A DNA stretch of 64,000 nucleotides from an uncultured virus (IMG/VR IMGVR_UViG_3300015610_000939) (taxonomy: Duplodnaviria; Heunggongvirae; Uroviricota; Caudoviricetes), in the IMG/VR virus record IMGVR_UViG_3300015610_000939. One strand, written 5' to 3'. A model generated the notes under the pieces. The model had not been told where the DNA came from. It worked only from the letters and a program-made list of their open reading frames with translations, and ran no database searches. The translations under genes were made by a program, and so were the position numbers. Shown in pieces: positions 29,655 through 38,912 of this stretch (position 1 is its first letter; the number at the start of each line of letters is the position of its first letter).

Positions 29655-29715
29655 CCCTGAAGCTAACGTGATTTGTTTGGGCGGCAAGCCAAGGTAGCAA
29701 TAGTTACCTTAGCCT

Positions 29716-29788
29716 GGGGCCATAGCTCAGTTGGGAGAGCGCGTGAATGGCATTCACGAGGTGGTGAGTTCGAGCCTCACTGGCTCCA
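29716..29788 (+). tRNA. tRNA-Ala (GGC)
   Basis: Cloverleaf: GGGGCCA/TGGCTCC acceptor with G3:U70, GCTC/GAGC D-arm, CGTGA-ATGGCAT-TCACG, GTGAG-TTCGAGC-CTCAC; CCA not encoded. Confidence 0.95.
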
Positions 29789-29823
29789 CTACAACAGTTG
29801 ACTTTTCTCGCAGACTACGTTCC

Positions 29824-30087
29824 ATGCAATTGAAATATCACTGGAATGGGATGAGTCGTGGAAGTCTCGTGAAGTTGATCAGGAACGTCTACCAGCGTAT
29901 GGATGGGACACCTTACGGTGGCATCTACTACGAGGAACCTGGACACTTGATTGCCGAGCGTGGATTGGTTGGTAGGTTCATTGCGAAGACTCCAAGGGGG
30001 ATTCTAGTGGAGTTTAAGAACTCCACGGGTGGAGTCCTCGGCCTAGTGCTGGACGACTTCGCCGTGGAACGCTACCTAAACGTATGA
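29824..30087 (+). CDS. hypothetical protein
   Basis: First in-frame ATG downstream of the tRNA; coupled to the HNH gene by ATGA. Confidence 0.55.
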   Translation: MQLKYHWNGMSRGSLVKLIRNVYQRMDGTPYGGIYYEEPGHLIAERGLVGRFIAKTPRGILVEFKNSTGGVLGLVLDDFAVERYLNV

Positions 30088-30716
30088 TCCAGTCTTCTGA
30101 CGAAGAGTTGATTGAAGCCGTAAAGAGCTCCCGTAGTCTTCGTAAGGTCGCCCAAGCACTCGGATTGAATTGCCGAGGTGGTGAATCAACGAAACGGGTT
30201 GCAAGGAAGATAGCTGACCTTGGGTTGGACACCACCCACTTTGTCTTCTCTCACAGTGCAGAACCCTCCAGGAGCACTCCACCCATTGGGAAACGCTCTA
30301 ATAGACGCCAGAGGCTTCTCGATCACATCTTGGTGGAGAACTCTCCTCTGGACAATCTGAGGGGTCACAGGCTTACCCTGGTTGCAATGGGCGTGTTGAC
30401 TGATTACTGTGTTGGGTGTGGCAGCAAATCCATTTTCAGTTTTGGAGAAGAGAAGAAGATCCCTCTCCAGATTGACCACATCAACGGAAACAACCGAGAC
30501 AACCGTCCAGAGAACCTGAGACACCTTTGCCCCACTTGCCACTCTCTGCAACCAACAGAGGCGGGCAAGAAGTCAAAAGGAAGAAAGCAGAAGAAGACCC
30601 ATGACACGAGAGCAGCTCCTATTGGAACTCCTGAGCAGGAAGCTCAAGGAAGAGAAGAAAGCCAAGACAGCCTGGGAACAACGAGGGCCGAAGGACCGAT
30701 GGCTTGTTCTGCTTGA
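30084..30716 (+). CDS. HNH endonuclease
   Basis: CVGC...LQIDHINGNNRDNRPENLRHLCPTCH; N-terminal HTH-like segment. Confidence 0.85.
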   Translation: MIQSSDEELIEAVKSSRSLRKVAQALGLNCRGGESTKRVARKIADLGLDTTHFVFSHSAEPSRSTPPIGKRSNRRQRLLDHILVENSPLDNLRGHRLTLVAMGVLTDYCVGCGSKSIFSFGEEKKIPLQIDHINGNNRDNRPENLRHLCPTCHSLQPTEAGKKSKGRKQKKTHDTRAAPIGTPEQEAQGREESQDSLGTTRAEGPMACSA

Positions 30717-30780
30717 TGAGCTGAAAAGAGCAGAAACAGAATTGAACGAAGTCCTTGACGTGATCAAGGAGCAGTATTAG
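30601..30780 (+). CDS. small helical protein (59 aa, not in the ORF track)
   Basis: Manual translation MTREQLLLELLSRKLKEEKKAKTAWEQRGPKDRWLVLLDELKRAETELNEVLDVIKEQY; purine-rich upstream. Confidence 0.5.
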   Translation: MTREQLLLELLSRKLKEEKKAKTAWEQRGPKDRWLVLLDELKRAETELNEVLDVIKEQY

Positions 30781-30859
30781 CCTATCTACACGCAAGAGAG
30801 CCAAATGAACGTCCATCCCCACCCGAACATATCTCGCTGGAGATAGAAAAGGAAAAGTC

Positions 30860-31723
30860 ATGCGAAAAGACATGTTTAAGGTGATTGTGGAACGTCCACG
30901 GAGCAACTCCCGTTGGGCAGACTCGATGTCTCGTCGGGCTCGTGAGCGACACGAGTTGGCAAATATTCTCAAGAACGATTGGTCGGATGATGAGGTGGAG
31001 AACTCGAAGGGACTTTCTCACGAGCTCAACACTCACGAGCCAATGAAGAACAGGTACGACTCCTCGAAGAGTTTGAACGAGAACTTGGCCCCACTCTTCC
31101 GTTTCTTGGAGAAGAGCGTTGGACGACCCTGGGACGAGGTCTACTCGGAGGTCAGAGAACACTTGAGGATGGACAGTGCCGTGCAGTTGCACGTTGTCCA
31201 GCACCTCAACTGGACGGTGACCGAGAAGACCTACATTGGTGAGGACGGCCATGTTTATGCGACGGATCGTTCTTGGCATCGCGCCTACAATGCCCTTGAT
31301 CTTCCCGCTCCCTACTCCATGCACAACTACTACGTCCATCCTGAGACGAAGCTTCTCTGCCGTCAGCCACGCTTGAGCAATAAGGCTCGGCTTGCCAAGG
31401 AGGTCAAGGTTCTTCCTTATGAGAAGTACCGTCAATTCCGTTTGATCGGCGGGAAGTGGATGGTTGTGGAGCTGGCACCTGTCCAGGTTGGTAATCCCAA
31501 GCAGGCTGCAAACGGTCGTGTCATCAAGTACGACTACAAGACTCAGAGGAACTTCAGCTACCCCAACTATGACTTCCCGGACGTGCTCTTTCCCAATGGA
31601 CTCAAGGGAGAGAAGCGTTATGAGGAGTACGGAGACTTTGAGCTCTACGCCACCGTTATTCGTGACGTTGGTGCTCGCGAACAGAAGGTCTTGGAGACCT
31701 TGCTCAAGAAGGAAAAAAAATGA
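30860..31723 (+). CDS. conserved hypothetical protein
   Basis: MRKDMFKVIVERPR...LNENLAPLFRFLEKSVGRPWDEVYSE; AAGGA SD. Confidence 0.7.
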   Translation: MRKDMFKVIVERPRSNSRWADSMSRRARERHELANILKNDWSDDEVENSKGLSHELNTHEPMKNRYDSSKSLNENLAPLFRFLEKSVGRPWDEVYSEVREHLRMDSAVQLHVVQHLNWTVTEKTYIGEDGHVYATDRSWHRAYNALDLPAPYSMHNYYVHPETKLLCRQPRLSNKARLAKEVKVLPYEKYRQFRLIGGKWMVVELAPVQVGNPKQAANGRVIKYDYKTQRNFSYPNYDFPDVLFPNGLKGEKRYEEYGDFELYATVIRDVGAREQKVLETLLKKEKK

Positions 31724-32094
31724 AACTGGTCGATTCGCTCCAGAAGTATCCCAAGAGTGCCGTGGAAACAATCATGATGCGGGTGAAGTCCATCAGCAAC
31801 ACCATTGAGGAGGGCGACGCTGTCCTCATCAAGGAGTTGGAGACACCCACACCACCCCAGGAAGGCGACAACGTCTACCACGTCAACTTCCAGTCCTTCA
31901 CGGAGTACCTCAAGAGTCAAGGTCAGCCTGTGACGATCCCTGAACTCCTGGATGCCTACGAGAAGTGGACGGATGTCTTTTGGGAGCTGGCAAAGGCCAA
32001 TGTGGGTCATTACCACAACAAGAAGGTCGTGGCCCACGTTCTTTCCCATCGCAAGGTCATTGAGACCTTTGGGAACTTCCTCGGAACGGAGTGA
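31720..32094 (+). CDS. hypothetical protein
   Basis: 124 aa, ATGA coupled, AAGGA SD. Confidence 0.65.
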   Translation: MKLVDSLQKYPKSAVETIMMRVKSISNTIEEGDAVLIKELETPTPPQEGDNVYHVNFQSFTEYLKSQGQPVTIPELLDAYEKWTDVFWELAKANVGHYHNKKVVAHVLSHRKVIETFGNFLGTE

Positions 32095-32102
32095 TCAGCC
32101 CA

Positions 32103-33944
32103 TTATGGGTTAACGTCTTCCTTGTTGAGATTGCCGAATTTGACCGTGTAACCTTGGTTTCTCATATAAGAGACCATTGCGTGCATTTCACGGTTGTAGT
32201 TTCGGATGTTTGGGGTAATTACACCGTTTCCATTCGTTCTATGCACGTTGAGTGTGTGCAAGACGAATCCCGGAGTGATCCCAGCATTAGCTTGCTGTTG
32301 CTGGATGCAGTATTCCCAAATTCTGGCCAGCTCATCAATGTTGTCTCTAATCAAAGGGAAAGTGACTGTAGGCCAAGCACCACCACCGATAACCCAGTTC
32401 CAAATTCTCACATCATTGTAAGACTTTCCTGCTCCAACGTAGGTGTCGATAGTAGTAGAACCGTTCGAGGAGCGCTGAGAATGTCCAACTTTGTATGGAC
32501 TGGTTTGGGCGCGCTCAATAGCGTTTGTAATCGCAAAGTGATTCTTTGCAGCACTTGCCGTGCCATCGTTGATTGGACCAACTGGAACTCTTGTGAAGTT
32601 GAACGAACCGCTACCAAATTGGATCATTGTGCGGTAGTCATTTGTTCCGATGGTTGTGCCAGCTCCAACAGCTCTTTGGTCTCCGATAACTCCCACTTTC
32701 ACCGACGACCCACTCAAACCCATTGCATTCACAACAGCCTGTTCCAAAGTCTTCGCTTGGTTAGCTGCTGCTGCGTGCGCGGTGGCATTCCAGTTCAAGA
32801 ATGACGGGATGTTGGCGATTGTGAAGGTTGTGGACACATCGCTATCAAAGGTGAGAAAATTGAAGTTGAACTTGTTGTTACAGTAAGCTTCCCAATCCGC
32901 CACATCTGCGGCTGTTGTGGAGCTGGCCGAGAACACCATGAGGTTTTGGACTCTCATTGAAGTGTAAAGGCTGCCAATTGGGCTTGAGCCAACTGCAAAA
33001 CCATAAGAAGCTCCAGAGTTGGCATTTGCAGTGCTTGTGCCAGAAGACGTGATGGTTGTACGGGTATCGCTCGGAGTACGAGCTTCACGGATAACCTTTA
33101 CAGACCATGTTCTATCGGAATTATGCACAAAGGTTAGCTGGAACACATCTCCAGGCTTCAAGCTGCCTGTAGCGGTATTGTATGAAAGGTGGGTGGTTCC
33201 AGAACCCGAGGTGGAGGTCTTCACGATCTTCAAAAGGAAGTTCGTGTTGTCATACATCACGTACATTCCATTTTGGTTAACCGTGGTATCTGAGTTGCCA
33301 AAAAGGATGGTGTTGGCTCCGTCAAATACCTGCCCTCTGAACACCACACCCATTCCAGGCTGATTCAAGAAGTCTGCATAGCTGGCAGATGAAGCTCCAA
33401 AGTCAATCGCGTTTTGGGTATTGGCCAAGTCAAAACCAAATACTGGATTGCCATTTTGAGCCCAATTCCTTGGGAATGAGAGTGGGTATGGGTATGAAGT
33501 TGAACCGCTGCCTGTCAAGGTTCTTGAGTTACCAGAAAAGTCCGAAAGTGTGGTGATTGTTCCGTCGTTAGCCGCATTTGCTGCATAGGCATACTTCAGT
33601 CCTGTTGTTTGGCCAAGGGAGTAACTAACAACATTCGTGGTCGAGGTTACTGTCCTATTGCCTTTCACAGCGGTAACCGTGCAAGTAATGTCGAAGCCAA
33701 TATCTGCGGAAACGGGAGTGTAGATAGAGCCAGTTGCCCCCGCAATCGACGAACCTGCTCTTTTCCATTGATAAGAAAGGGTAGCTGTCGACGGAGAAGG
33801 CGAGGCTGCAACCGAAAGTGTTCCTCCGATAGAGACTTTGCCGGAAGCAACAGGATTTGATGGAAATCGCACTCCAGCCACAGGCGAAAACCCACCAAGG
33901 GCAGTCGCTCCTTGTGCAAACCCACAAGTGTTGAACCGCTTCAT
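32103..33944 (-). CDS. putative virion surface protein: Ig-like + LamG-like + degenerate SGNH-like domains
   Basis: SYQWKRAGSSIAGATGSIYTPVSADIGFDITCTVTA; VGVIGDQRAVG; IRNYNREM. Confidence 0.55.
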   Translation of the reverse strand: MKRFNTCGFAQGATALGGFSPVAGVRFPSNPVASGKVSIGGTLSVAASPSPSTATLSYQWKRAGSSIAGATGSIYTPVSADIGFDITCTVTAVKGNRTVTSTTNVVSYSLGQTTGLKYAYAANAANDGTITTLSDFSGNSRTLTGSGSTSYPYPLSFPRNWAQNGNPVFGFDLANTQNAIDFGASSASYADFLNQPGMGVVFRGQVFDGANTILFGNSDTTVNQNGMYVMYDNTNFLLKIVKTSTSGSGTTHLSYNTATGSLKPGDVFQLTFVHNSDRTWSVKVIREARTPSDTRTTITSSGTSTANANSGASYGFAVGSSPIGSLYTSMRVQNLMVFSASSTTAADVADWEAYCNNKFNFNFLTFDSDVSTTFTIANIPSFLNWNATAHAAAANQAKTLEQAVVNAMGLSGSSVKVGVIGDQRAVGAGTTIGTNDYRTMIQFGSGSFNFTRVPVGPINDGTASAAKNHFAITNAIERAQTSPYKVGHSQRSSNGSTTIDTYVGAGKSYNDVRIWNWVIGGGAWPTVTFPLIRDNIDELARIWEYCIQQQQANAGITPGFVLHTLNVHRTNGNGVITPNIRNYNREMHAMVSYMRNQGYTVKFGNLNKEDVNP

Positions 33945-34345
33945 CAGCCAACTCCCTGGTAAGACCCCGAGCTGTGAGCAGAACCAGTGATTGGAGGAAC
34001 CCTGGAAGCGTCAAGCCCGCTGAGGCCAGCAGCCACAGTGAAGCTGATCGTAGTTCCAGAAGAACCGGAGAGCCATAGAGAAGTCAGCTTCCAGTCAGCA
34101 GCAAATGACTCCCCTGCACTCAGGAGGACCTTATTGCTCCCAATCACACCGTTCCTCGTTACACCCATTGCCAGAACCTCTGAGCCCGTGGAAGCGTTCT
34201 TCACAATCACAAACTTCGTAATGTTTTGGAACGTAATCTCCCTGATGCCACCAAGAGATACATTGGAGGAAGTCAGGTAGGGGAGGCTCGATCCGATGAA
34301 TTCAGGGGTGTATGCAAGGCCACCCATTGGGTATTGAAACGGCAT
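33944..34345 (-). CDS. small putative virion protein
   Basis: 133 aa, SGS/TGS rich; AGGA SD; CTATTTA on the minus strand at 34365-34371. Confidence 0.6.
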   Translation of the reverse strand: MPFQYPMGGLAYTPEFIGSSLPYLTSSNVSLGGIREITFQNITKFVIVKNASTGSEVLAMGVTRNGVIGSNKVLLSAGESFAADWKLTSLWLSGSSGTTISFTVAAGLSGLDASRVPPITGSAHSSGSYQGVG

Positions 34346-34364
34346 TTTCAGTCTTCCTACAGGC

Positions 34365-34387
34365 TAAATAGCTTCAAAACCTATTTA
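34365..34387. promoter_or_regulatory. back-to-back divergent CTATTTA motifs
   Basis: TAAATAG at 34365-34371 (minus-strand CTATTTA) and CTATTTA at 34381-34387, between divergent genes. Confidence 0.65.
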
Positions 34388-34392
34388 GGCGT

Positions 34393-34974
34393 ATGAAAAC
34401 CAAGTACCTAGCCGAGACCGTTTCCCCTGACATTGCCATTCATGCCGAGAGTACAGCAGCAAAACTGTTTGCCACCGAGGTTCCCATCTTTGATGGACAG
34501 GGTGAGGAGTACGTTGATCTTGCTGTCTTCCTTGGAGCCCTTCGCGCGCTCTACATGATCCACCAGAGCCACCACTGGCAGTCCCAAGGGAAAACCTTCT
34601 ACAGCGACCACCTTCTCTTCCAGAGGCTCTACGAGGGAATTGCACCGGAGATTGACCAAGTCGCTGAGAAGTTGGTTGGCCTGGGCGGAATCAAGCTAAC
34701 AAACTACTTTGCTCAGATGCACCACATGACAACCTTCTTGAAGACTGTCAGCGACAAGAGCAAGTCTCCAAGCGAGGTCTCACTTCTCGCAGAAGCCATT
34801 TTCATTGAAATGGGCAACCTCATGCTCACAAGGCTGGCAGAAGCTCGAAAAGGTGCGGATCAAACCATGCACATGGCTAATCTACGCACCCCCGGCTTGG
34901 AAAACATGGTAGAGGGCATTCTCGACTTGCACGAGAGTCACGTCTACCTCTTGAGCCAGAGACTCTCTGCTTGA
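34393..34974 (+). CDS. Dps/ferritin-like protein
   Basis: HHWQSQGKTFYSDHLLFQRLYE...IDQVAEKLVGLGG ferroxidase-type motif. Confidence 0.8.
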   Translation: MKTKYLAETVSPDIAIHAESTAAKLFATEVPIFDGQGEEYVDLAVFLGALRALYMIHQSHHWQSQGKTFYSDHLLFQRLYEGIAPEIDQVAEKLVGLGGIKLTNYFAQMHHMTTFLKTVSDKSKSPSEVSLLAEAIFIEMGNLMLTRLAEARKGADQTMHMANLRTPGLENMVEGILDLHESHVYLLSQRLSA

Positions 34975-34977
34975 GCC

Positions 34978-35337
34978 TCAGTGCGGCATATCCATGCCGT
35001 GACCACCACCAACTACCCGAAGGCACCTTGTTGGAATGTAGGCCACTTTCTCGTAGTAGTCAAACCGAACTGGGAGCAAGTGCACAAGGTCTGCGCCGCC
35101 CATAGTTGGAGTCTTTTCTTCCCCAACCAACTGAAGTCGGTTTGCTTGGATCGTTGGTCCAGCTACAGTCCCAAGGGTACCACCCTTGACCCCACCCATA
35201 CGGGTGAGCTGGACTCCACCATTGCTCTCCATGACGTAATACCCGTCAGGACGAATGTTTGGCTGGTAAACCATGACAGTAACGCTGTCATCCCAGGTGG
35301 AGCCGTCTCCCACCTTGACCCTGTCTCCAATTGCCAT
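34978..35337 (-). CDS. hypothetical protein
   Basis: 119 aa, coupled to the upstream ORF. Confidence 0.6.
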   Translation of the reverse strand: MAIGDRVKVGDGSTWDDSVTVMVYQPNIRPDGYYVMESNGGVQLTRMGGVKGGTLGTVAGPTIQANRLQLVGEEKTPTMGGADLVHLLPVRFDYYEKVAYIPTRCLRVVGGGHGMDMPH

Positions 35338-35558
35338 CAGCCAATCTCCGATGTTGGGGCAACGTCTGCCAGGGATGGAGTAGCTCGGCTCTTCTGGATA
35401 GCCAGGAATGCTTGATAAACAAGCGCCTTGAGCTGCTCGCGCTGAATATCTCCCAGCAACTCTTCGATGAAATCAGGGGAAAGTTGAACTCCCGTCTGCG
35501 TCTCGATGACTTGGGCGATTTCTTGAACGAGGTTTTGCTTCTGCTCTTCTTGATCCAT
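35337..35558 (-). CDS. hypothetical protein
   Basis: 73 aa, GGAG SD. Confidence 0.6.
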   Translation of the reverse strand: MDQEEQKQNLVQEIAQVIETQTGVQLSPDFIEELLGDIQREQLKALVYQAFLAIQKSRATPSLADVAPTSEIG

Positions 35559-35570
35559 GTTTTTCTCCTA

Positions 35571-37322
35571 CTATTCTTCGTCCCCACTCATTGGGGCTTC
35601 CTTTTCGTTGAGAATCACACTATCGCATGTGAGCATCAGCCCGACAACCGAAGAGGCATGTTCAAGTGCACATCTCGTCACTTTTACGGGGTCAATGATC
35701 CCGCCAGCAACCAAATCCTGAAACTTGCAGGTGGCTGCGTTGTATCCAAAGTGGAGCTTTCCAAGTCCTGGGAAGAAATCCTTCTGGAAGTCAGAAAGTT
35801 CACCACCTGGGGCGGTAACCTCTGCACTGTACGTGTTCATTGCTGTCTCAAGTTGGTTCGCCACAACTTCCGGCGACTTGCCGGTGTTCGAGACGATGGT
35901 GAACAGCGGAGAACGGCAAGCATTCAGGATTACGTCAATGCCAGCACCAACATCGCCCCGTTGCTCGTGGACCTTCTTGAGCTCCTTCTCAGCAATCTTT
36001 GCCGCATAGAAGAGAGCACAGCCACCGCCAGGAACAATGCCTTCCTTAACAGCAGCAATCGTCGCGTTGTGAGCGTCCTCAACCCGGTCCTTGCGTTCGA
36101 GAATCTCCGTCTCCGTAGACCCTCCGACCTTGACCACCGCCACGCCACCAGCAAGCTTTGCAAGGCGCTTGCGGTAGCGATCAATGCGGAGGTCATCCAA
36201 GGTTCCATCCTGTGCCAGAGCGGCTCGTAGGGTCCTTACACGCTCTTCCACCTTCTCCTTCAACTCAGGATCAGGCGAGCCAACAATTGTGGTAGAAGTC
36301 CTGGTAACCACAACCTTTGCTGCCAAACCAAGGTGCTCCAACTCCAAGTTCTTCAGTTGAAGAGGACTCGAAGCGTCAAGCACAGTTCCCCCGACAACAC
36401 AGGCAATGTCACCAAGGATATCCGTACGGTTGTCACCGTAGGACGGTGCCTTGACAGCGCAGCACATCAGGTTTCCCTTCAACCTGTTCACAATCAAGGT
36501 CTGAAGCGCTGGCCCCTCAACATCGTCTGCGATGATCAAGATCGACCTATCTGCATTGGCGATCTTCTCCAGGATAGGAAAGAGCTCGTCCAAGGAGGAA
36601 ATCTTTCGATTGGTTGCAAGAACCAGTGGATTCTCCAGCTCAACCGTGTTCTTCTCTGAGTTCGTCACGAAGTAAGGGGAAAGGTATCCACCGTCGAACT
36701 GCAAGCCTTCCACAACCTCAAGGATCGTAGAAGTGGACTTTCCAGGCTCGACTGTGATGATTCCATCCTCCCCAACCTTCTCGATAGCCTCAGCCAGGAG
36801 TTCACCAATATTGGTATCTCCATTAGCCGAGATGGTGCCAACGTTGACGATATCGGTTTTCGATCGTACAGGCGTTGCAAGCTGCTTCAGAGCCTTCAAA
36901 ACCTCTTCTGTGGCCAAATCCATGCCACGCTTAACCTGGACAGAGTCTCTGCCCGAGGAAATCATCTTGATTCCCTCCTTGAACATCGCATGAGCCAGAA
37001 CGGTTGCGGTTGTTGTACCGTCCCCTGCGATATCATTGGTCTTTGAGGCAACCTCCTTGATCAACTCAGCTCCCATCGACTGAAGCCTGTCCTTGAGGTT
37101 GATTGACCGAGCTACCGTAACTCCGTCCTTTGTGATCAACGGAGCTCCAACGGTAGCGTCAATCGTAACGTTGTGACCAGAAGGACCCATGGTCGAGGCA
37201 ACTGCTTTTGCAAGAATGCTGGCTCCTTCAAAGAGCTGCTTCCTTGCTTCATCGCCAAAGACCACTCTTTGGTGAATACCCTGGGTTGCTGCCAAAAGTG
37301 CTTGCTGTGTTACCTTGTTCAC
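35571..37322 (-). CDS. groEL: chaperonin GroEL
   Basis: TMGPSG, ITKDGVTVA, AGDGTTTATVL, GYLSPYF, GIVPGGG, GIIDPVKV; AGGAG SD before GTG; no GGM tail. Confidence 0.97.
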   Translation of the reverse strand: MNKVTQQALLAATQGIHQRVVFGDEARKQLFEGASILAKAVASTMGPSGHNVTIDATVGAPLITKDGVTVARSINLKDRLQSMGAELIKEVASKTNDIAGDGTTTATVLAHAMFKEGIKMISSGRDSVQVKRGMDLATEEVLKALKQLATPVRSKTDIVNVGTISANGDTNIGELLAEAIEKVGEDGIITVEPGKSTSTILEVVEGLQFDGGYLSPYFVTNSEKNTVELENPLVLATNRKISSLDELFPILEKIANADRSILIIADDVEGPALQTLIVNRLKGNLMCCAVKAPSYGDNRTDILGDIACVVGGTVLDASSPLQLKNLELEHLGLAAKVVVTRTSTTIVGSPDPELKEKVEERVRTLRAALAQDGTLDDLRIDRYRKRLAKLAGGVAVVKVGGSTETEILERKDRVEDAHNATIAAVKEGIVPGGGCALFYAAKIAEKELKKVHEQRGDVGAGIDVILNACRSPLFTIVSNTGKSPEVVANQLETAMNTYSAEVTAPGGELSDFQKDFFPGLGKLHFGYNAATCKFQDLVAGGIIDPVKVTRCALEHASSVVGLMLTCDSVILNEKEAPMSGDEE

Positions 37323-37344
37323 TGATTAGTCTCCTGAATTGCTC

Positions 37345-37956
37345 TCATCGCCAATCCACGTACACTTCTTCGCCGGTTTCCAGTTTGATCTTCCGACGAC
37401 TTTCCCCCACTACGGGAACTTCCTCATCAGGGGTCACCATCCTCCGAATGTGGTCCCGGAGAGGCGGTTGCACGAGTTGTGTTTGTTGTTGCCCATTTTG
37501 GATTTGCAAAGGGTGCGGACCAGATTGAACCGGTTCGTTTGGCTCAACCCTTCCATCAAGGAGAGCTTCGGGGTCGAGTTTCCCGCCCTCGCCCTCAATG
37601 GAACTTGACTCCTGAACAATATCGTTCTCTGGAGTCACTCCATACCACTGCTCAACCTGCTTCTTTGCCTCAGCCATCATCTCGGCAAGAAAGCTCTCAA
37701 GTCTCCCACGAAGGAGCTTCTGAATCTCATCAAGGGACTCGTAAACCTCGCCATTTACACGGTTGAGGTCGACTGTCACACGTTGAGTTTCATTGGGGCC
37801 AAAGGTGACCTTGTAGTTCATCACCTCGTGGAGCGTCCCGTCGCTCCTGCGAACCTTCTTGTGATTCTCTTCAACGACAATGGCCGGGATGATCTTCTGC
37901 GACTTGTTGGAGAGGATATACAGGATCTTACCGATCGGAAATCGTTTGCCAGCCAT
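37345..37956 (-). CDS. hypothetical protein
   Basis: 203 aa ORF in the minus-strand gene run. Confidence 0.7.
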   Translation of the reverse strand: MAGKRFPIGKILYILSNKSQKIIPAIVVEENHKKVRRSDGTLHEVMNYKVTFGPNETQRVTVDLNRVNGEVYESLDEIQKLLRGRLESFLAEMMAEAKKQVEQWYGVTPENDIVQESSSIEGEGGKLDPEALLDGRVEPNEPVQSGPHPLQIQNGQQQTQLVQPPLRDHIRRMVTPDEEVPVVGESRRKIKLETGEEVYVDWR

Positions 37957-37971
37957 TGTGGTTCACCGCTT

Positions 37972-38169
37972 TCAGCGTCCAGTTCCAGCAAGCTGCTTCA
38001 TGTAATCCTCTGTGAGGACCAAGATCACTTCCTGTGAACCCGACTGTCTCTCGTACGGCATGAGGTCAATTTCTTCAAGCATTTTGCGGAGCTTGACATC
38101 CCTCTCATGTCCACCGTAGTTCTGGAACAGGTACATGAGCTTGTTTACAACCGAAACGTGCATTCTCAT
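37972..38169 (-). CDS. hypothetical protein
   Basis: 65 aa, ATGA coupled. Confidence 0.55.
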   Translation of the reverse strand: MRMHVSVVNKLMYLFQNYGGHERDVKLRKMLEEIDLMPYERQSGSQEVILVLTEDYMKQLAGTGR

Positions 38170-38546
38170 TGCTTAGGGCCTTTCTTCGTCTTGTTCTTTT
38201 CTACCGCCGCCATGACTTTGTCCAAAATGGCTTGGCCGGAAACTGTAGCTTCTTCGAGAGGCTTCATCCCGAGGGCAGTGCGGACCATGTTGTTCAAGTG
38301 CGGAGGAAGTTTCTCCTTGAGAACTTCCATGTCCACAAACTTGTGCATCAGGGAGTCCACGATCTCGATGGATTCCCCGTTTGGTCCTGGTTCAACCTCG
38401 CCTGTTTCCCGTCGTTCTTCAATGAAGAGTACGGGAGGCATCTTCTTGCCCGCCTTCAAGAGGATGAAAGGGAACTGGTTGGCCGGTTGCCCTGGCAACG
38501 GCTCGTCGTAGCAAATCTCTGGAACTTCGTACTTCTCTTGTGCCAT
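38166..38546 (-). CDS. hypothetical protein
   Basis: 126 aa ORF. Confidence 0.65.
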   Translation of the reverse strand: MAQEKYEVPEICYDEPLPGQPANQFPFILLKAGKKMPPVLFIEERRETGEVEPGPNGESIEIVDSLMHKFVDMEVLKEKLPPHLNNMVRTALGMKPLEEATVSGQAILDKVMAAVEKNKTKKGPKQ

Positions 38547-38642
38547 TGTGCTCTCACTTGGAGTCCGGGAAAAACGGACGCTCCACGATCCATTCTTCTC
38601 TCACAAGGAAAGCAATCTGTTTAGCCAATAACGGCTAACTCG

Positions 38643-38912
38643 TCATACGCCGGGATACTGCCGACGCAACTCTTCCACGTTGATATACTCCATGACCTTC
38701 GCAATCTTCACTTGTTCAAGGTCAAGGACCACATGCTCGATTCTCGTTTCAGAGCGCACAGGTATGAAAATGACTTCAAACGCCTGATCTTCTTGGCACT
38801 CACTACCCATGCCAAAAGTTTCCCGGACGCCGTCAACGTACGAGGAAATATCCCCTTGCGCAAGACCCCGACAATCGAGGTAGACCAACCTAACGATCCG
38901 AATGCCCTTCAT
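38643..38912 (-). CDS. hypothetical protein
   Basis: 89 aa, ATGA coupled. Confidence 0.6.
   Translation of the reverse strand: MKGIRIVRLVYLDCRGLAQGDISSYVDGVRETFGMGSECQEDQAFEVIFIPVRSETRIEHVVLDLEQVKIAKVMEYINVEELRRQYPGV

Noticed and set aside
34978..35337. Possible divergent GroES (IGDRVKV, EEKT..GG)
   Set aside because: Motif order and spacing do not match GroES; resemblance too weak without a structure search
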